A stretch of 64,000 nucleotides of DNA from Octopus bimaculoides (Eukaryota): contig NC_068983.1 in NCBI RefSeq assembly GCF_001194135.2, forward strand, positions 159,949,541 to 160,013,540, in the 5' to 3' direction. The notes beneath the pieces are model-generated. The model was not told the DNA's origin and searched no databases. It saw only the letters and a list, made by a program, of their open reading frames with translations. The position numbers were made by a program, and so were the translations under genes. Shown here one piece after another: positions 27,046-39,626 of this stretch; the first letter of the stretch is position 1; each line of letters begins with the position of its first letter.

Positions 27046-29200
27046 TGCCCTCCAGGCACATACATAGAGTAGAGCCATTCACTCTAGCCATTTTTTCCAC
27101 AGTCACCCATCATGTCACAAATTCACTGGCAGGTAGCACTTCCCTCTTCACCTTCACCTTCCTTTCCAAGTGGAACTTTAAAAAGACGATAGACCGAAGA
27201 GGAAATCTTCTTTATTTAATCTTTTCAGCCTCGTCCACTACACAACTTCTTTCGTCATAGCCACATGACAGAGGAACAACGCCTACCCTGCATTGTTTAA
27301 GTTGGACGCTGGTGCGATCGCCACAATGGATTCGGCTGATAGTCGAATTCTTCTCACACGCAATAACGTGTGTTCGTCATTATTCTATACTGTATGAGTG
27401 CATGCAGAACGGTTTCGTCGTTCTGCGTGTAACGCGGACAGTCCCACCAGACAAAACTTTCGTTCCTTTGGGGTTTATCTCGAATTGGCACTGCCAGGTT
27501 AGCGGTTGCTGGAAGTTATCTATGACAGTAGGGTCCCGAAAGTCCTCCGAAACAGACCAGCTAGTTTATCCTCGTCAACGCCTAGAGTTTCCCCGAGAAC
27601 ATCATCGCTCTTACCCACCATTAGATTTCTATATATTGCTACCGTCGAACTTCCACTGACCGTATTACCCGATTGGTAGACAGCAGCGAGCAGTTGTGTG
27701 GCGCCCAATCTTAGTATTTTTGAGACGATTCTAGTTGTCACGACACAAAACGTTGTTTATTAAGTGTCATCCAATCACTGGACACGATTCTATCATGTGA
27801 GGTTTTTCGCTCCCACATGGTTCATTATTTAGCTTACGTCGATTCGTCCGAGGGGACACTTTATGGACTCTACCAGATGACGTTAAATGCACATCGACTC
27901 ATTGTTGTGGATTTACTTTTTTTGCCTTAGCACACTTATTGTGGAGCAGACGATTGACTTCGCATCATAGTCAATTGAAGTTACAGTTCTCCGTTTCGCA
28001 CTTCGGTGTGGAATTGTTGCAATGTTTACTTCGCTCGTTTAAAAAAAGTTATTATCTGAGCACAATATCATTACTCGTCTTACGTTATAACAATTTTCTT
28101 GACACAGGATTGCAGCTCTATCAAGGAGATGAACTGCAGAATAGTGTGTCTTACAAAAAGGAGACCATACCAGCTCACCATCCAGGAAAATCAGTAAGTG
28201 GTGTAGCCTCAGCGTGTATCTGCGCATTAGCAGCCACAGCATGCTAAGACCGCCGTCCAGAGAGCGCTGAAAACAGACGGACTGCCTGACCTGTTGAACG
28301 CGCCCTTTCCACAGGAAGCAGGAAAGTAAACGCTACAGTCCGGCCAAACGTTGACTGGGACGAGTTACTAAGTCTAATCGATAAGTTATTAAAGAGGTGA
28401 TCTGCGCTTTCGCCACCTCTGCTCAACCATTCAGAGATAATTTCCTCTCGGCCCATTTCTGAGTGAGATTTACCACCGTACTTATAACCTCCTCCCAGTT
28501 CATGTCTACCAAGAGGTTTGAGACAAACCATACACCGAGCAGCCTTTGTGCCTTGTATTGAAGAAATTGTCGATGGCCTTTCTAGCCGCTAGTACGTTTG
28601 TCGCGATGCCATTTCTAATTGTCTCTTCTAACTAGCTATTCCTCTAATATGTTTCTTTCTATCTTTTATCGTTTACTAAATGCTATTGACTCATTTTTAA
28701 TTGCTCTCTTCAGGGTTCCCCACCACCTGTTATTGATAATTGCTCCCGTCAGATGCCTCTTAACAGCCTCTAATCTAGTTTACTAATCTGGTCTCTGTAC
28801 TGTGTCAGCGCCGGAAAGATGCGTTTAACTTCCAGTAGCCGGGTTTCCGTCCATGAGTCTTAAGGTGATTGTGAGGTTTTTAAGGCGACTGTGTAGTCGA
28901 CCAGTTTGAAATAGGGACACCCTAACATATCTCTATCAGTTTACCTAACGAATACTCTAAGTACGATCTGGAAGAGCCATCATGTATGCTCCAAGTCTAC
29001 AATGGCACGTTTGGGATATCCAGTTGGTATCTGTCAGATAGCCCGATATGTCTAAGCACGTTTTTGGGGCTTTTGCATCCCCCTCTATGGGTTAACCTTA
29101 CACAATCCAATCGTGCGTCCAAAATACTACTCCTATCCCCTACTAGATCTAAAGGTGGGATGTTCATAGGAAGGTTTCTAGACGTGTAAAGTAATGTTGT
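27045..29200 (-). mobile_element. L1/Tx1-clade LINE, internally deleted (endonuclease plus post-RT region and zinc knuckle)
   Basis: GDRSSILDARLD...P..PL*TW and RKPGYWKLNAS (endonuclease); GVWF..NW..V..LTQKWAERKLSLNG*AEVAK (after the RT core); CPRYTQNDETVLHALIQY (knuckle). I did not see the central RT motifs. Confidence 0.8.
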
Positions 29201-32200
29201 CATCCATCCTCTTCAGGTGCATAGACAGCAGCTAGACTTAAGACACAGAAAAAAACTTAATACTGACAAAATCATTACAGCTGGTGCTGTCCCACGGTTG
29301 TAAATGAACACCGCTATCATATTCGCGTGTATAAATTCAGTTCTTGCATGGTTAGGTAACGTACAAATCAGTAGATGTTTTGTTTAGAGATGTTTAGATG
29401 GATACAAGCATTTTTAGCTTAGCAGAAAATAATCAAGTTATTGATATGACGAGAGTACCTGGTCAGTTTGAAACAACTTGTTTGGCGAGACACTGATATT
29501 CAGGGCGGCATTCTTATTTGTTAAGAAACAAGCGTCTTTGAGCAGTTCCTATATGACAAAATATTACTACTGCTGCTGTTCTGTGTTTGTATATACATTT
29601 TAAATGTAAATCACAACGGTGTTTTAGCAACAACAACAACAACAATAATAAAGTTACTGAAATCAGCAAATTAATTTTCTTTCGGCATTTTGCTTCATAT
29701 TTCTACTTTCTAACTTGAAATTACACCAGTGTTGACTTTTGTCTTCCATTATTAATAAGTCGATAAATTAAATATAAGCAATGCACTGGAGTAAATTCAA
29801 TTTAGTATATATAGAAATATGTCGTCTACCGCTAATGACAGAAATCATTATTGGGAAGTATGATACAAGTAAACGGATGCGTTTCTACAATAAAATTACT
29901 TGTAATCAATTTCTCAGATTTCGTCTGCATCATTTGATCTGTGATAACTGAAATGTCTTAGACATGAAGACAGATGCGTGTCAGTTTTGCTGATTTCCTG
30001 ACATACTATCGAACTAGCCAGTCAGCCAACCATTTTATGTTCAGCTTGAAATTCTGTATCAAAATTTGAGAGAAAGTGTTGAGAAGGTTTCCAACAAATA
30101 TTTGAAAACAAAATGGTTATTACGAATTGAAGAAAATGGCTACTATGAGGGATTGAAATTATTATTGTCATTGTTTCCATTAAAACTTACATCAGCTCTG
30201 ATGAAGGATGTACATTCTCAAAGATATTCCAGGCATGACCAGTGTACTCATTCTCGAAGCTTAGGATATCTCAGAGACATAATCCAATATATATTTTCGT
30301 TTTTATGTTAGAGAGTGATTAAATATAATTTAAGGAAATTTTACTGATATTTCTTAGAGATCAAATGACAAGGCAGAGGTTCACTTGTTGGTTCGGCAAT
30401 GCAACAGTTGCATAACGAAATAGCGGAGTATACAGCCTGCTAACTTTGATGAGGTGAAAACGGCGTAATACTCACAGAAAATATAAAGGCTTCTTCTATT
30501 CGACATATTTGTTGGCCAATGATTGTAGAGCTTCTCGTTTGAGATTTTGAGAGATTGACATGACTTCCAATCATGTCATTTATTGCATCGTTATAGAATG
30601 TTTATGTATCCAACAACTGCATATTTCTAAATAATTAGAGTACAACTGTTCTTTTTGGTTACCCACAATTGTTTCATGATAGATATTTTGCAAGTCATAA
30701 AATCATTGCCTACAGCTTGATAGACCTTCTTATAAAAGATCAACAGATATATATGCCAATTTTGAATGTTTATATTTTATTAATGGTCATTTTTTTCTGA
30801 TCATTGGAGTATGGAGGGTGAACAAGATGTGTGTTCTTGATACACGTTGCTACTGGTTTGATAATTTTTATCTCATTTGCAAGTCCTGTATTAACATGAA
30901 GATTATTTTGAGATCGTTTGAGAAAACGTTACACAATCTGTGCATAATAAGAGTTTACAGTCATCAGAACGTTAATATAATGGTGTGAATGGTTTAATGA
31001 GCATCATGTTGTCCTTGTTACTTCTATTGAAACATAGATCCCTTTTTACAATGTTAGGCAGTAGCTTTTACGTAAGCATGATGATGTAACAGAAATAGTG
31101 AGGGTAACAACTAAAGTCTTAAAGTGTTTGTTTCCCTCCCCCCCCCACATAAAACTGAATATCAATAGAGATTTTCTTTTCATCTCTTCGCGATCGTTAA
31201 ACTTTTTCTTAGTAGTGCACTGGATTTAGTTAAAATCACTATAAACAATGGTTGGTAATGAGATTTTTAGGACGCCTCAGAAAAGGATCCAAAAAAGTCA
31301 GACTCAAAAAGAAATAAGCAAAATATAAAGATATGAAGTTTCAAAAGAAATATAGCTCTATTTAATTTCTTTTACGTAGAGGACACAATAATTACACTCC
31401 TTCAGTTCCTTTTGAAAGGGCATAGATTAACTCTTTTCGAGGTTCCCGCATAATACACTCCAAAGTATTTTTAATAATAGATTGATTTGCAAGTAATCTA
31501 TCTTTTATGGCCTTTGCTTTTAAATAATTAGTGTTTCTTGTTTTGACAAAGATCATTGCAAAGAATATTCTTTGAAGCCATGCTGAAAACTGTTGCATGA
31601 TATTTAGATTAGTCATAAAAAATTAATAAATGTATATATGTGTTGTTTAACTTATACGCCTGGAGTTAAGTAACTTCTCTATTGATTATTAAGATCTTTA
31701 GATTATTTTCTGACACAATGGATGGAAAATGAATTGCTCATGGCATGACAAACGTACATGCAGTGGGCTCATAAGCGATCTTTGGACACGATATCTTAGA
31801 TTTAGCTATAATCTCTCTTCACTGAAACGAAACTCTGTTGTCTGAATCCGGAGTTCCATTAGGAAATTCAGATTATAAGTCTTAACTCTTCACTATTTGG
31901 GATCTTGCCTTTATTCCAAGGTACACATCATTAATATCTTTAGTAAATAGTTTCATTTCTTGAATCAATTACTTGTAATACAACATTCTCCAGTAATTCA
32001 TTTTTAATAAAGAAACAAAGGAGGTTCTGTATTCTGTATTAAATATAACGTAAGCTGAAATGCTCTGATCGAAGTTCAACTTCCAGTAAATTCACCGTGG
32101 CACGAATTGAAAGAATAGTAGCCTGTGTTTGATTCTCTGATTGATGATCACTTTATACATTCCCATGGCGTCATCAGCTTTGTTGACTTTCGATTCACTT

Positions 32201-33611
32201 CAGAAACAAAGAAGTAAGGCATCAAGATGTTTTAATATCATTGTAGAAGCTGTTTCTCGTGAAAGTCATGTTTTGTGTAAGTTTAAGTATTTTGTAGCAA
32301 GTTGTCACAAAAATTTCCAGAGCCAGTGTTAATTCTCTTTGCTTGTTGATGCTGGAGGAAATTAAGATATTGAATCGTTTCCCAAACTCTTAAACTTGAG
32401 TGCTATACACTGATAGCATGACTAATACAAAGAACGAAGGAACAATATACTTACCTTAATAAAAACAGGAAAGTTTTCTTTCGATAATTTCTAGAGACCA
32501 GTTTATCGTCCGGTATGGAAGAGGAATTATTGTTTGCGAATCCATTTTTCTAGAGGAATATTTCTTTTATGCAAGGTAAATTTGACAGCAGTGTAAACAC
32601 CAATAACTCTTCTATTTTTGGCAACAACAGTATCTAACAATGTATGTACAGTGTACGATATCATGTTTATTCAAATCAAAATATCTAACAACTATATCCA
32701 AAATTTTGCTAACGTAAATGTCTCTACCTTCATAGATTATGACAGAAAATTTTATGCATTACAGATATCCGTTATTACTATCTCTCATGAAAGTCTATTT
32801 TTAACCCGAATGACATACGAAAGTTTCATTTTATCCATTCATAACTTTTCAGTAATCTTACTGTCCGGAAATGCTCGCATACATATCGTTTGCATTGAGA
32901 ATGTTATATTCTACAAACGATCCAACAATAAGCAATTCACATTTGACTGTTTGTTCACTCCGTTGACTCTTTCGACTATGAATTGAGAAATATCCACACG
33001 AGATTTAGCCACATTAAATCATTTCTTTTGTTTGACTGAAGTTTTGTTTCATTTGTATGGATTTATTTATTTGCATTTCTCAGGGTAATGGTGCAAAGTT
33101 TACAGTAGCTAACTTCTTTATTATTTTTATCTCCCTGAATCCAATCCTTAAATTCAGGATTTTACGATCATCCGACCATGAATTACTTTGAACTTATAAT
33201 CTAAGAGCTTTAACCCAATACCATATTCCATCTAACAATTTGTCTCTATATACCCATGTAAGAAAATATTTGATACTATATTGAACGGGTGGAAAAGTAG
33301 ATTCCTAGTAATTTCCATTTATTTTTTGTAAAGGTAAAACAATAAAAAATCCTTCCACCAAAATAATGATATTTTTCCGTGTAATGAATTTATATCTTTC
33401 TTCTCGATATATCATTTGTTTTCTGATGTGCTATTGTGTTACGCATTGCATTCAGTTATAAGCTTTTAAAGGCACTTTTGAAGTGATTGTTCAGTTTCTA
33501 AAAAATGATAGTTTGATAACATACACACACGCACACACACACACGCACACACACAAACGCACAAACACACACAAACGCACACACACACACAAACGCACGC
33601 ACGCTAACACA

Positions 33612-33755
33612 CAGTGTGTGGTAAGAGGCTTGCTTCCCAACCACATGGTTCCGGGTTCAGGCCCACTGCGTGGCACCTTGAGCAAGTGTCTTCTATATAG
33701 GCTCGGGCTGACCAAAGCCTTGTGAGTGGATTTGGTAAAAGAAGCTCGTTGTATA
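33612..33755 (+). mobile_element. tRNA-derived SINE family C, 5' half
   Basis: GTGTGTGGTAAGAGGCTTGCTTCCCAACCACATGGTTCCGGGTTCAGGCCCACTGCGTGGCACCTTGAGCAAGTGTC; matches 35925-36090. Confidence 0.88.
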
Positions 33756-34329
33756 TATATATACACACAACATNNNNNNNNNNNNNNNNNNNNNNNNNNN
33801 NNNNNNNNNNNNNNNNNNNNNNNNNNNNNNNNNNNNNNNNNNNNNNNNNNNNNNNNNNNNNNNNNNNNNNNNNNNNNNNNNNNNNNNNNNNNNNNNNNNN
33901 NNNNNNNNNNNNNNNNNNNNNNNNNNNNNNNNNNNNNNNNNNNNNNNNNNNNNNNNNNNNNNNNNNNNNNNNNNNNNNNNNNNNNNNNNNNNNNNNNNNN
34001 NNNNNNNNNNNNNNNNNNNNNNNNNNNNATATATAAATCATGATCTATAATTTAGTTCGTTTTTTAAGGGGTTGGCTTTGAGAGTTGCATTTCCTCGCAT
34101 TCGGTAAAAATGTGCTTTTTATAGTAGTCTGACCTTAGAGTCCCTCATGGCGTGAGGCGTTATTATATAGTAATGCCCTTATATAAATATAAATATATAT
34201 TTCGGGAATAAATGATGGATTTTTTCCCTTATGAGGTTTTTTTCACGCTAGCTACTTGATAAATTCTTGTAAAAGAATTCGTCCTATTATTGAATTTATA
34301 TATATATATATATATGTAGGTAGGTATGT

Positions 34330-34500
34330 ATGCATATATCTAAGTGTGTGTGTCTTTGCGTCTGTGTTTGTGCACCCAACAGCGCTTGACAACCGGTGTT
34401 GGTGTATTTACGTTCCTGCAACATAGCAGTTCGGCTAAAAACCCTTCAAGGTTGTGCTCCGCAGTCAAATGACTGACACGAGTAAAAAAGTAAAAGAATA
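34330..34500 (+). mobile_element. SINE family C, 3' half
   Basis: GCTTGACAACCGGTGTTGGTGTATTTACG...GTGCTCCGCAGTCAAATGACTGACACGAGTAAAAAGTAAAAGAAT; matches 36179-36365. Confidence 0.85.
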
Positions 34501-35924
34501 ATATAACAACAACAACTCTTCCTTTACCTAGCATCAGAAGTATTCAAGTCCATTGTTTTCCGCAGAGCAAGTGCAATTTGCTTAATCAACTCTACTGAGA
34601 GTCGAAACGTGGCAGAAATTCCGAGCAGCACAAGTTTCATGATTCTTTGACACTAAACTGTCAGACACGTGTTTCTTGAATGTATTAAGCGTCTGTCTTC
34701 GGAGTGACCGCTGGGTAGTTACCCTAGTAATAAGGCAAATATTTTTATTTTCAGTCCGCTTTGTCCTGTTATGCAATTTAATATTTCCTCTTAGTATACA
34801 ATATATTCAACATCCTTCTTTAATAGCTATGCTTATCAATAGCCATCTCAACTCACAAAAGAAATAGCAAAATAAAAAAATAGATATACATAATGATAAT
34901 GACAACGTTTCAAATAATAAGATACACTAACAGGTGAAGTTAACAATGGAAGTATTACATGGGATTGCTGACCCATTCTCCGATCTCATAACTACGCTAA
35001 ATCAGGCTAAGAGTCGGTCAATTATTTTTAGATTTTGAAACCCAAGAATAAACTCCAGTAATTTTTCCCAACCTTATCGACAACTTGATAAGTTGCCATT
35101 ACTCTTCTGATGCTTTCTCTGACTCTAAATAAAGTGAATCTATTTTTATCATCGACTAAGAAATGGTAAAATTAATGTAGAAAACACTGGTAGGAATAAA
35201 GATTTTAGACAATTTTTATTTTCTCATTTTGTTCTATTTCTACAATTCGTTTTTTATATTCAGTACATCGTAGAGCTCAGTGAATATGAAAACGAGCCAA
35301 TACATTGAATGTTTGTGATTGCTAATAAATAACTTTTAAAGGACAGAAAGCTGGCAGAAACAGCGCATCACTGCCATGCAGTATTTTGGTTGCACCCTCT
35401 GTCTACCAAGTTCAAGTTCTCAACCTATCTTTACTTTTCCCAGTTATGAAACCAAAATATACCACGGCTTAATTCTAGCTTAAGCTTTTCTTTGAAAACA
35501 AACAAAAAAGAAATTAACTAGATATATAACAACTCGAAGTTATTCGAATAAATGTCACTTTTATTCTTTTTGCTGCAAGCTTATATAGCAAGCAGCAACT
35601 CCTTCCCAGATACCGGAGCAATACACACACCATTGTGAATCCTAACCTGATATTTGCAGAGAGTATTTGCTGTCAGGCAACAGGAAATATTTACTGGTTC
35701 TGAAGGAGAAGGCTAAACTTTCTGATTCAGTTTTAGCTATGTCGAGGATGTACGCATGTTAGGAGAGACCCTTTATAACTGTAATGTCTACAGTATGCAG
35801 TAGCTTGAGGATTTTATTTGTGGCTTGTTAAATTTAATAGTCAGGATATTTTGTTGGTCTGATATGGCGATTCTGTGCTGTTTAACAATGAACTGTTTAA
35901 AAATGAATATTTTAAAGAACATTT

Positions 35925-36089
35925 TCGGTGGCTGAGTGGCTGTGTAGTAAGTAGCTTGCTTGTGAACCACATGGTTCCGGGTTCATTCCCACTGCGTGGC
36001 ACCTTGGGCAAGTGTCTTTAACTATAGCCTCGGGCCGACCAAAGCCTTGTGAGTGGATTTGGTAGACGGAAACTGAAAGGCGCCCGTTG

Positions 36090-36142
<53 letters not shown>

Positions 36143-36365
36143 NNNNNNNNNNNNNNNNNNNNNNNNNNNNNNNNNNNNCTTGACAACCGATGGTGTTGTT
36201 TTTACGTCCCCGTAACTTAACGGTTCGGCCAATGAGACCGATAGAATAAGTACTAGGCTTCCAAAGAATAAGTCCTGGGATCGATTTGCTCAACTAAAGG
36301 TGGTGCTCCAGCATGGCCGCAATCAAATGACTGAAACAAGTAAAAGAGAAAAAGAGAGAAAGAGT
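35925..36365 (+). mobile_element. SINE family C, full length, with internal (TA)n(TG)n microsatellite and N gap (36143-36178)
   Basis: A/B-box head, CACCTTGGGCAAGTG, GGAAACTGAAAGGCGCCCGTTG, microsatellite, CTTGACAACCGATG...CAGCATGGCCGCAATCAAATGACTGAAACAAG and an (AAAAGAG)-type tail. Confidence 0.92.
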
Positions 36366-36409
36366 AAATGAATTGCAAATGGTCTTTAGATTGCATGTAG
36401 AGGATGCTT

Positions 36410-37600
36410 AAGAACGAAACTTTAGTTGGAATGCAGAGCCTTATCATCTACATAGGCATGAACACAGTCGGAGATAACGGTATATAGTTTCATGATGTGT
36501 AGGAGAAAGAATGTAAGAGTAAAGCCGAACCCTGGAGTACGGCCGTTTTGATAGAATATTGGTCAAATATAACTCGATCTGGACACGATGTGATGTTGAT
36601 ACGAAGTCAACATTCCAGAAAAATAACAGGGATGGAGCTGAAATGTGAGTAGCCTTGCCCAGATATTTGTAAGCTAGATAGAAGGTATTGCTGATGTCGA
36701 GAGCAACAATTTTTTTTTCACAAATACCACCAGGGCAAGAGTTTGTTGTTACGCAGAAACATTATTTATAGAACCACAATTTTTGACCAGTGGAGAAAAG
36801 GAGAAATTCTGCAAAGCTGAGAGAGATAGTTTTGGCCAGAGATTGCAGTGATAGACTGCAGTGTAGGAGATGACAGAGTTGCGAACTGGACTAGATGATG
36901 CATAGATTATCATAGATGGTTTCGTTAGAGATTATGGTCTCCCAGCACTTGCTGTGCCGGGAGGACTTTCTCGAAGCTTGCAGGCCGTCTTTGTCTAAAC
37001 AACCGCTATCAGAGACATACTCGGGATACTTGGTATTCTGAGGTGGATTGTGGAAGAGATATGTCTAACAGAATAGCTTCAGACATATCTATGGGTGACG
37101 TGTGTGCATCTGAATGACACAGCAGCACATACTCTACCAATGCTACAAAGTATACAGCTGTAGAAATTTTGACTTTAACAGCGGTAAGTAAAATGATGTA
37201 GAGTTCTGTGATGTAGATGATTCTATGTGGTGTGGGTAGTCCCAGTAGGAGTGAGACTAAGCTACTCCATAGGAGCAAGGACAGTGACAATTTTATAGAG
37301 GTTGTGTGTAAAGATGAGTTAAAAAAAGTCAAGATTGTTTGGCATGCATGCGTGTGCGTGAGTGAAGTATGTAGAGGAAGAAAGTAGTAGAACTTGGGAA
37401 TTGAGTATTGTAAAAAATTTGTTATCTGCACCGACGACATCAACGTGCGATAAGCAAGGTACATGAAAAACACCGAAAACGATGATTCAGCGAGAAGGGA
37501 AATGAAATAGATATTCAGGAAGTTGTGACTATGAAGTTCCTGGGGTTGCTGAATTTCGAGAAGCATCAAAAGAAGCAACTCCATTTAGAAGATTACTTGA
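36410..37600 (-). mobile_element. CR1/Jockey-group LINE RT fragment (may extend to about 37950)
   Basis: Minus strand gives VALDISNTF, AVLQGS and HAYVDDKALHS (YADD box). Confidence 0.7.
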
Positions 37601-39277
37601 GTAAGAGTAGGTTTTTGTTTCAGAAATTCAAGTAAGAAAAATAAACGGCAGGAGGTTGCAATGTAGATATTACGAACAAAAGATAAGTAAAGTGTGCAGC
37701 GTGAGCAGTAGAATAAAGTGATAAAAACAGCCAAGCAATTTGCATCCCGGAGAGAAGAATGTATAAATTGTGTGTTAATAAAAGGGGTGAGGCACAATAG
37801 ATTGGATCGGAGTTCAAAAATATAACAGAGTATGAGGAATAATTTAACTGCTCAGTGGGTTTAATTTTAGGTTTGGTATGATAGGATGGAGATGTGTATT
37901 GGGGTGAGTTTGGCATCAGATCATGAGTTTGTCTAGAGCCTGTATTGTTCAATTGAAACGGATGGAACTTCGCTAAGTGCAGATGTTATTTAACTTGGAG
38001 GGTTAAGATGCCCACCTCAATAAAATATTAAGTGAAAAATTGTCTAATTCCTACACTACAGAACTATCTTATATAGTAATTTCATAGGTATCAATACTAA
38101 AAAAAAATGGTGTGTATCAAATATTTCTAGAATTGATGGAAATGCTTAATCTCAGATATCACAAAACATTCAAACAGTAATTTTATGTTGCTATTTTTCC
38201 CAGTTTGTTAAGAGCAGTAGTTTCTGGTATTATTGTACCGAACTTGTTTATTTAATCGCTTTTGTTCCACATGTGTTAATGTGTGAAATTAATTTATTTC
38301 CTCGAAGTTTTTATTCACACTGCAGATTTTAATTGAGTTATACACTAATATACAATTTTACAGTGTCGAGAGAAAGACAACTCTCATGATGAATTTCAGG
38401 GCTTCTGAAGACTTGAGGGAGAAAAGGAATAAGTTAATTTCAGACTGGTAGCCACACCCGAAAGCTTGCAAAATACTGTGTTTCATAAATACTGTGCTTC
38501 ATAATTAAGAGCTAGATGGTAGTATTAAACTCGGTATTGTATTAAATCTACCAGACAGAACATGATCGAATGCCCCGACGGCATCCAATCCGTCTCCCAA
38601 ATTTAATCTCAAGGCTTTAATCGATCCAACGCTATCATAAAAGACGTCATTACCCAACAGTGTATAATTTGAACTATTATATAAATTTAGTTTTCTATGG
38701 AACAAGAAATTGTTTTCAGCTACGAAAATCAGTAAAAAAGAAAAAGAATATTTTCTCTATACACAAGAAGTCAACAAGAAGATTACTTTGTTTTGAAGGT
38801 GTTTTCTATTCCCTGTTGTATTGTGAAATCTTCAGTACTCATAGAAACGTTTCGAATAATGCGAATAATTAGCGGCATATTTTATAATTAACCACATATT
38901 TTAATCTCGAGACATGTTCAAAAACATAGCATTCCTCCCACTTGTAACGAATAGTCTATTTACATCACGATAGAATGTGTGCTATAGATGGATTACAGAA
39001 TACATCTTGTTCTTTTGGATTCATAATTTCTGATGCATACAGACATTTCTTCATATTCTCTTCGCTGCTATTGACAGAGTAAAATTTTGTAGTTCATTTC
39101 GTTATAAATTATTGCAAAAGAATTTTGAAATTTCAGTACTATTAATGTTCTAATATCTGAGCTTAGGAATAGAAATATATGTGGAAACTGGAACACCTGA
39201 AACGATCAGAGGAGTAGCGAACAGTAACATCATTCAGAATGGAAAATGATTGATGCGACTTGTGTAAGATTTGTAAC

Positions 39278-39419
39278 TTATGTACATTATTTACATTTCA
39301 CGGATATTTGTCCCATCTTGTTTGTTGTTAACACGTTTCGGCTGATATACCCTTCAGCCTTCATCAGGTGTCTTGTGGAAACTTCGAACCTGGGTTCTCA
39401 TTCCTAAGGTATTTTTCGA

Positions 39420-39495
<76 letters not shown>

Positions 39496-39552
39496 ATCAC
39501 TGCTTGGAATTGAACTCGGAATCTTATGGTTAGTAGCCCGTGCTCTTAGCCC
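39278..39552 (-). mobile_element. SINE-like family D copy 1: tRNA-like head remnant, internal (TAA)n, PLE-like HHR tail
   Basis: Minus strand reads GAGCACGGGCTACTAACCATAAGATTCCGAGTTCAATTCC (anticodon arm and B box-like), (TAA)n, then GACACCTGATGAAGGCTGAAGGGTATATCAGCCGAAACGTGTT. Confidence 0.8.
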
Positions 39553-39555
39553 AAT

Positions 39556-39582
39556 GATTCCGATTTCGACTCCAAGCAGTGA

Positions 39583-39626
<44 letters not shown>

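Noticed and set aside
30198-30230. CTGATGAAGG, a hammerhead-like start
   Set aside because: Stem II is weak and no GAAA follows.
30556-30578. 8-bp hairpin TGACATGA-CTTCCAA-TCATGTCA
   Set aside because: Expected by chance in 64 kb of AT-rich DNA; no supporting context.
34120-34155. Minus-strand CCATGA-GGGAC-TCTAAG-GTC-AGACT resembling a decayed hammerhead
   Set aside because: Both core strands are too far from CUGANGA/GAAA to call from a single copy.
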